From: Candidatus Omnitrophota bacterium
Lineage (GTDB): Bacteria > Omnitrophota > Omnitrophia > Omnitrophales > Aquincolibacteriaceae
Length of the DNA: 64,000 nucleotides
Assembly (NCBI GenBank): GCA_903856085.1
Contig: CAIOAT010000044.1
Coordinates: forward strand, 25,402-89,401
Reading direction: 5' to 3'
In this document: piece by piece, positions 62,701 to 64,000 of the stretch
How the letters are laid out: each line of letters starts with the position of its first letter
How positions within the stretch are numbered: position 1 is the first letter of the stretch
The notes under the pieces: model-generated
What the model was told of the DNA's origin: nothing
Database searches by the model: none
What the model saw: the letters and a program-made list of their open reading frames with translations, nothing else
Made by a program: the position numbers and the translations under genes

Positions 62701-64000
62701 ATGAAAAACCATTTTTACTTCCGCAAGAAAATAGATTTCCGATTGGGCTCGATGGTGAAGCGCTCGGGATCATGGAAGCGCTTTCAGTTCGAACGGTTCC
62801 GGATCCGAAGGCTCCGCCCAAAGAACAAGCCACTCAGCAACGGATCATTCATGATAATCAGGTCATGCTGGCGAATATCACGAGCGTCGTGGCGGATCAG
62901 CATAACCTGACCCAGACCCTGGGGGATGAATTGGGTCCGCGATGGTTGGATCCGTTGAAGGAAATAGCCCAATTAAATACTAAAAACAGGATTTTGGAGC
63001 GGCTTCTGCTGCGTCCCGGCGAATCACTGGATACTGTCTCAAGAGAAGAACTTCTTCGCAGGCTGAAGGCCTCCTGGTCGCAGGACTGGTTGCCGACTTA
63101 CAGGACATCCCCGTCGGTAACTGATCAAATGAAAGATTCCGGGATCAATCTTAGGGAGATCGGCCTGCTTGATTTTATCGCCCGTCACGTTGATATGATG
63201 CTCAGTAGCGAAAAATTCAGTCAGGAGACCGGGATCAATACTCCGCAGCAAGCGACCGAATTCATCAAGACGGTTTTTGAGTCGTTGCCGGAAGCCAAGG
63301 CTATTCTTGACGAACAATACCGGTCACTCAAGGCTCCTGCCAAGGGGGCCAGTGACAAACGAGGTATTCCTCTCAATATTAATGATCCTAATGAATTTGG
63401 AATGATCTGGGGTGTGGTGTTCTATTCCAGGCTGGAAGTCGCCAAAGCTGAAAAGGAAATTGCAAAAATATCTGCGGTCCTAAAGACGCGTACGCTTGAA
63501 GAAAGTGAAAGCCAAAGGCTGAACGAATTACGAGCACGGATCCATGATCTTAAGGCCTTGAAGTTCAGTGATAAGGAGAGAAAGCTTCTTGAGGAAAAAT
63601 TTCCGGGGTATTCGCTGAATAAACGCTGGCGCGATGTCATGGATTTCCGTCTGAATCGCGACAAGCAGGATGCCGGCTATGAACTTGCCAGATTGTTCCG
63701 ATCGATCGCGGAAGGGAAATTTGATCCTGTGACGGGCGTTGTCACTTTGAAACAAATCCAGGCTGACAAGATGTCGGAAGATGCCCGGACGCTGGCGATC
63801 CAATCTTGGCTGAAGCTTTCGGGGGTCGATCAGAACGATTGGACCAAAGTCGCCTATGTGACGGGCCGGCTTGTGAGTTTGTTTGCGGATACCAAACAAA
63901 TGCCGATCCCGACGAGTCAGGACATCGAAAACTATCCCGGATTGGCAAAAGCTGCTGAGGCCACTGACCGGTTGGCAAAGCATAGAATTTCGCTCAGCAA
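50715..64000 (+). CDS. Giant protein G2, 3' end beyond window (>=4428 codons): paralogous TraB/GumN-like N-module, polytopic membrane region, Pro/Ala-rich repeats, coiled-coil tail
   Basis: Frame 0 (positions divisible by 3) stays open from the ATG at 50715 to the window end. An in-frame TAA at 50685 bounds it upstream. Codons were checked by hand at 52260, 52980, 53400, 58500 and 63960. It is absent from the ORF track only because no stop is reached, and the track has no >=60-aa frame-0 plus-strand ORFs after 50187. Signal/TM LRTVACLTAFVFLFTSVVW. IQDAHVNDEAQRNIA and GGFHTPGIEKYLREKDISYIVVAPRITKTIDKK align with G1. Confidence 0.8.
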   Translation, partial: MISWQQPMIKPWLRTVACLTAFVFLFTSVVWDGGVKAYAAASNSVSVTPIETFKANAASSLIDRPDLPDSYGTIKGTFKGSRDQIVLHIQDAHVNDEAQRNIAHILQYFSEKYQLGLVSLEGASGELYPELFSFFPNKQARQNVADYFLKEGRLTGPEYLAIVEKPAMTLYGVEDKELYEENRKAYVDALQFKDRDEKILAELNKVLEGISRFVFPEEMRELVRRRAAFQEGGPELVSYVRYLVELARKHNIALDEYPGMHSLIKLVDLEKQVDFDKAEKETDALINDLKHVLTHEKLSRFLTNTVHFRMKKMKRAAYYGYLQDEIQGVSVAQSGGEELTTKYANVMAYVEYMKLYDAIDVSIFDEIDFLEKTVKNKLFTNPEQVQLDHILRIYDIYCKMFDFTLTKQDAEFYYTYQNEFKSETFVSFLTPLMSKYHFTYGLPSQVKTLDQDLPRVERFYKAALERDQVLIERAVEKTLASGQKISAIVTGGFHTPGIEKYLREKDISYIVVAPRITKTIDKKKESALYDAALRQAPLSIEKVLTETFLQPKTGVLNDPRFQLQAWLAISPKGEFDFKSDVALFFPLTAATNIFEVVNAAREQARQEGKSLSNEQITPLVASEIERMKKDAARDLSGGDLSKVEALLSMFHPEAFSGNVLWVPAGNSGDFLAFVLHGKTEKISEEPGAVRGTRQTVSFGPEEKTALSFYRVRGSFVPDAIRGMVRAEARVLATPQTGPIAVVAGPNAKQEARDREIAAQIQAIRAEARMKATKEDVRAAARVQANLPMFLDFIKAFGYKGPIDRIQAAVIRPADPKEDKPTVEFLKILSDPELKQRLQALAVFLSSLNPEELATKKLSQNELRLFLLWGAKANGLKKYPELAKILEDILAGRTPSVSQAATPAEVSAAKAPAVTTPAAIPTAATLATETADQVKARVEKEQGGYFGSYVRRGVLGWSAVGLIAGLLLGMIMPATVVAFPLVFGFVAFVLRALRAWSVKSGITVQANPKGAGWIVTSANGKKWLEGLSAPDLSTIQDKNEQRQASIDYKLQNWPAYRKMHESKIFSDDSESEAAAKAEASAKKRILQFVGIGTAVGVILGATTVLPVVATVAVSAITAGFLAAAVLKTRAEWKKQGGTQNIMKQGVFTAIGLALKIFVSMPFHLLDGFILQYFRLRINYFILGAKNQRWITNAETQAMVENARTHEADKNLSRTDRFIRTDLGYGIWVTLQASQIAALYEFFQKRAKLFVYGQLSGIVLTAAGTSLPVFAVLGVGFWGYIIVKQVLAYRAAQAKGQNLPAHWLRNRILGHLIFATIFGGLMWLGVSPPSWAVASPGTGDVATKALNLFGIPIPSFPAIPGVPHFDLLNLGAVIQTKGTIFGFLGDKVHLTFQAIASSATLNFLLAVTTQIPNKMREIMMRDTMVDMARILVPQAKNLKEAFDGLAKYGITPSNFSLSGILALSGEKQTPEWMALSAEQRAIVLKLIERDLKDRIYGMNRYDAGLALTALGRAIRENDPEGQVSIPEKLARGQGIGYRMRVNAAARREVLTSGSFWVSMVFGTFSMWVVTHEIAAIVHYAEGIDKIISSALGVDFHLFGTGIKGIEGDQLKQKEHAEMAQRGEHVAFTDRLIASGLLSSLQTSVQEVSTNFVVQPYMIAKRTADQLPAIKANLGKIADERFGFAPTKAKADFIDSAHRQIAVMEKATYWSIVGQKLEGVAHFAGSAFNALGSVLVTSARAESLPPMMVPQTEVKEGLQAEIPATKPAEVAAVAPVLPAPEAPRVSVEAPAEVTKPAEVAVVAPVQPAPEVPKAEVKEAPAVPETALKLEMPSPSLRPLTDVQPAPEAPKVSVEAPAEVANPKTVAQPALPTKIFEISRENVREGAKGAERIAAKTIVLTLKAEDMEALIREGKALAFSYKDNGFWKAKTKIPRALNDPEVTHFSIGNDVYKIGLPTTVVGVQATPKAVTSSTSVKAPQPVAAKQSPAQKIGLAAAAAGPVAAASELFVSALEPASAKFTTMDLPMPTTGIRDILITAMKDNPMSRQAGVEKGIKDKTVESFAWWYRWITLDLQVSYNFMPRDLPLYQNKSGSGPSKDVDFSLGWEDAGSGNINLGLPIYSPEGYPAEHMEAVPILDANGQPTGDTALVSRPGIPTTPLTQSQFDALRGVTFTPDGNNYVLSGYQPVLDSVVIPMGDVNITKGLLVQNLNAIAGNESFWKLFNLPAGTASQLVSDPAYQKAMGFASYFASRYDNPLNTGDNLKTVFKGATLPQIMESMARMKATARKNLGRDFSLDNPYDAALLTYLSRADLTDQAEGTTIVREILKERDWEAKLILRFEPLNLARSRQAKISKAEAEAANADLLKTETTVLRNTTQQLYVIALANQQIADKEKLIIAFEADDAEQRAVRGVEDNSLTHTRITSELQKLKIQIIVLKTERDEAKRKVLELAGRQPGIDLGYPVEDITLKVVGDAVAQVPLSQADVQAVIERAFASLHQAVASKAALGGIDATLAVPQVTVDILRMAGIWDLGDKVAVEIRLDLSWQIKSLFESKVANALFESEAYKFASRLRGIYERHNLLERESVHTAEFIKSLENGVSAQDRLIAEIKNDSNKHYRRDLSLVQAQKDREKMQEDLDGSRLALQLIQDELRNYTKTDAQIGKLLGEFTKKDSGRAKIIQTAISAMRADVAKAWAAQDSVNRDAMIQEAQTLADRLASSEAESARVHEEILREADYNLASIRKDAKLDALNYNVSNWLRLSLSGGIGWGWGDRNEKDITLEATQWKLRADAQATAKVTLYDPTLWARGRQRQLAQDTAKKLLDRSGAELAASVSGWLNNVRRESELLNLTEATLKTKQIELKGAKDEADAELGRTTPAKDRLAVLAKSEGERQKLYSWRAKVRIASAEANVEAARIKDEAARNNLFKVMMQFKSFAFAGDKSPAAAKPIAPSKEAQPSISMSPFAPITDAAGRISESGTAQLKILAKDFDELFRSLVRETEDQTSGMGSMSTNRLRYEQLYDVNRLLMPLQSRLSLNDQEQVQKILGILKSIDPEKNASLGKELSTIGRAILTNEKLTDRQRVEKLFKAFEGKLDAKKYPALRQQLMSVRTAMLHSDEAMVNEVLKAIPGAMDPAKYPEIFKASRELRAMQAKLVARIKEIQNPKLTATEKLNRLTEPLQSYLEKQKKFQQLFQVVEQTALIDRELKDILENSKGYSEPVRLTMLTGVIRDYLAAEILYAKSDYFIKDHKPKLWREFEKTRRQISEISNIAAVEEVMRKLDSSVWEKREFAHQLGLEKWAFGVSVGYSIGFTKDGVSSTSFGVTPWWGMMPWAADKAIGWVPLLGKPITDILGVNQDGKNMQIRKYMTDMSIGVLSAEQTLRSLDITSSQFRNEYAYLVRMKQLTTGLAAAIEAWRNQHKEFLNTIGVDATEAALSGDTTMEARQLAEILKLEEKIRHINGELRNVQNRLREHGVDPETVTTEGVANGDDVRQAWRTGKGPLAGHVGGMESLGTTGGETLDDIARQSTEYQMAVLGQKVSAMEEEYTTRTHSFGDFPGVTSSGLFSDNPFDSPVRAFGQVERIDGVYDSAGTRVGTQTFDVTATDLSRTITVDLNLGEILGGFQGSVYRLRAENAGIEAERILKEKKAEIAQAIFDYETEAAAIEKMEPQDRLMVYAIVSGNQKLQATLQATRGELLQTESEIHGAAVRYMEARNTLNSKKSELLGKVGFRIEKLPDTSREEGQGLSLIGADEMLKAMTSPEKSKAFVEKLKSTGMQDPKIQTLQNELEQLSLNRRSLWSDAVTSVWFQGGYQDSALRAKAGLDRRLWGGDMWVRLHENKERQAQVRIAMEAQDNKTRHAFETYRARLKSTDAQVQLDQERLNDLMKRFPEVTQGGLVREVGIDFALDFMRELNESYRAYFFAVRTHARNQLELVQFLNQNNIDVSKVGLEWTDTAIPMLPVVPEVAKDMTAGTVEKITVGPGQEIDLDTFKQPDPAKNEKPFLLPQENRFPIGLDGEALGIMEALSVRTVPDPKAPPKEQATQQRIIHDNQVMLANITSVVADQHNLTQTLGDELGPRWLDPLKEIAQLNTKNRILERLLLRPGESLDTVSREELLRRLKASWSQDWLPTYRTSPSVTDQMKDSGINLREIGLLDFIARHVDMMLSSEKFSQETGINTPQQATEFIKTVFESLPEAKAILDEQYRSLKAPAKGASDKRGIPLNINDPNEFGMIWGVVFYSRLEVAKAEKEIAKISAVLKTRTLEESESQRLNELRARIHDLKALKFSDKERKLLEEKFPGYSLNKRWRDVMDFRLNRDKQDAGYELARLFRSIAEGKFDPVTGVVTLKQIQADKMSEDARTLAIQSWLKLSGVDQNDWTKVAYVTGRLVSLFADTKQMPIPTSQDIENYPGLAKAAEATDRLAKHRISLS
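55990..56291 (+). repeat. In-frame imperfect tandem ~87-nt repeats encoding Pro/Ala/Val/Glu-rich units (KPAEVAAVAPVLPAPEAPRVSVEAPAEVT ...) inside G2
   Basis: Units at about 56001-56087 and 56088-56170, with a third partial unit at 56229-56291 highly similar to the first. The minus-strand shadow ORF 55829-56155 is a reverse-strand reading of these repeats. Confidence 0.6.

Overview
This is a bacterial chromosomal segment of about 50% GC in which every supported gene lies on the + strand, roughly 43 genes, and no convincing minus-strand gene is present. From 5' to 3' the window contains the following.

- **Division/cell-wall cluster (1-7276):** ftsW (5' truncated by the window edge), murG, murC, murB, ddl, ftsQ, ftsA. 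It ends at ftsA with no ftsZ following.
- **Glycine-cleavage operon (7506-12581):** gcvT, gcvH, gcvPA, gcvPB, plus a lipoyl/octanoyl-transferase.
- **Housekeeping genes:** UvrD/PcrA helicase, PlsC, an EEP phosphoesterase, an M48 peptidase, a TPR-gluzincin, a ParB/Srx-like protein, a BatD/BatE-like pair, trpB-trpA, ruvX, an M16 peptidase, rpe, lepA-lepB.
- **Envelope and signalling island:** two SPOR-domain proteins, a tiny Lys/Ala-rich basic protein, a GNAT, then a tight cluster of second-messenger effectors (PilZ, YajQ, PilZ, cNMP-binding patatin phospholipase).
- **Lipid genes:** thiolase, a Pro-rich secreted repeat protein, acyl-CoA synthetase, lysophospholipase-like hydrolase, tRNA-Ala(CGC).

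The most unusual content is at the 3' end. Immediately after the tRNA sit two tandem giant genes.

- **G1 (41881-50187, 2768 aa):** a membrane-anchored multi-module protein. It carries a TraB/GumN-like N-module, DUF218-like, phosphodiester-glycosidase-like and methyltransferase-like modules, and an embedded B12-binding radical-SAM domain. Four copies of an exact R-S-E-M-R hexapeptide sit at apparent module boundaries.
- **G2 (50715 to beyond the window end, at least 4428 codons with no stop):** an ORF that never terminates and is therefore missing from the supplied ORF track. Its N-terminal ~500 aa are paralogous to G1's N-module. These are followed by a polytopic membrane region, Pro/Ala-rich tandem repeats and a long coiled-coil tail.

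The two giants are separated by a 527-bp AT-rich spacer carrying a near-consensus sigma70 promoter. Giant genes of this kind are reminiscent of those reported in Omnitrophota-like candidate phyla; that assignment is inference only.
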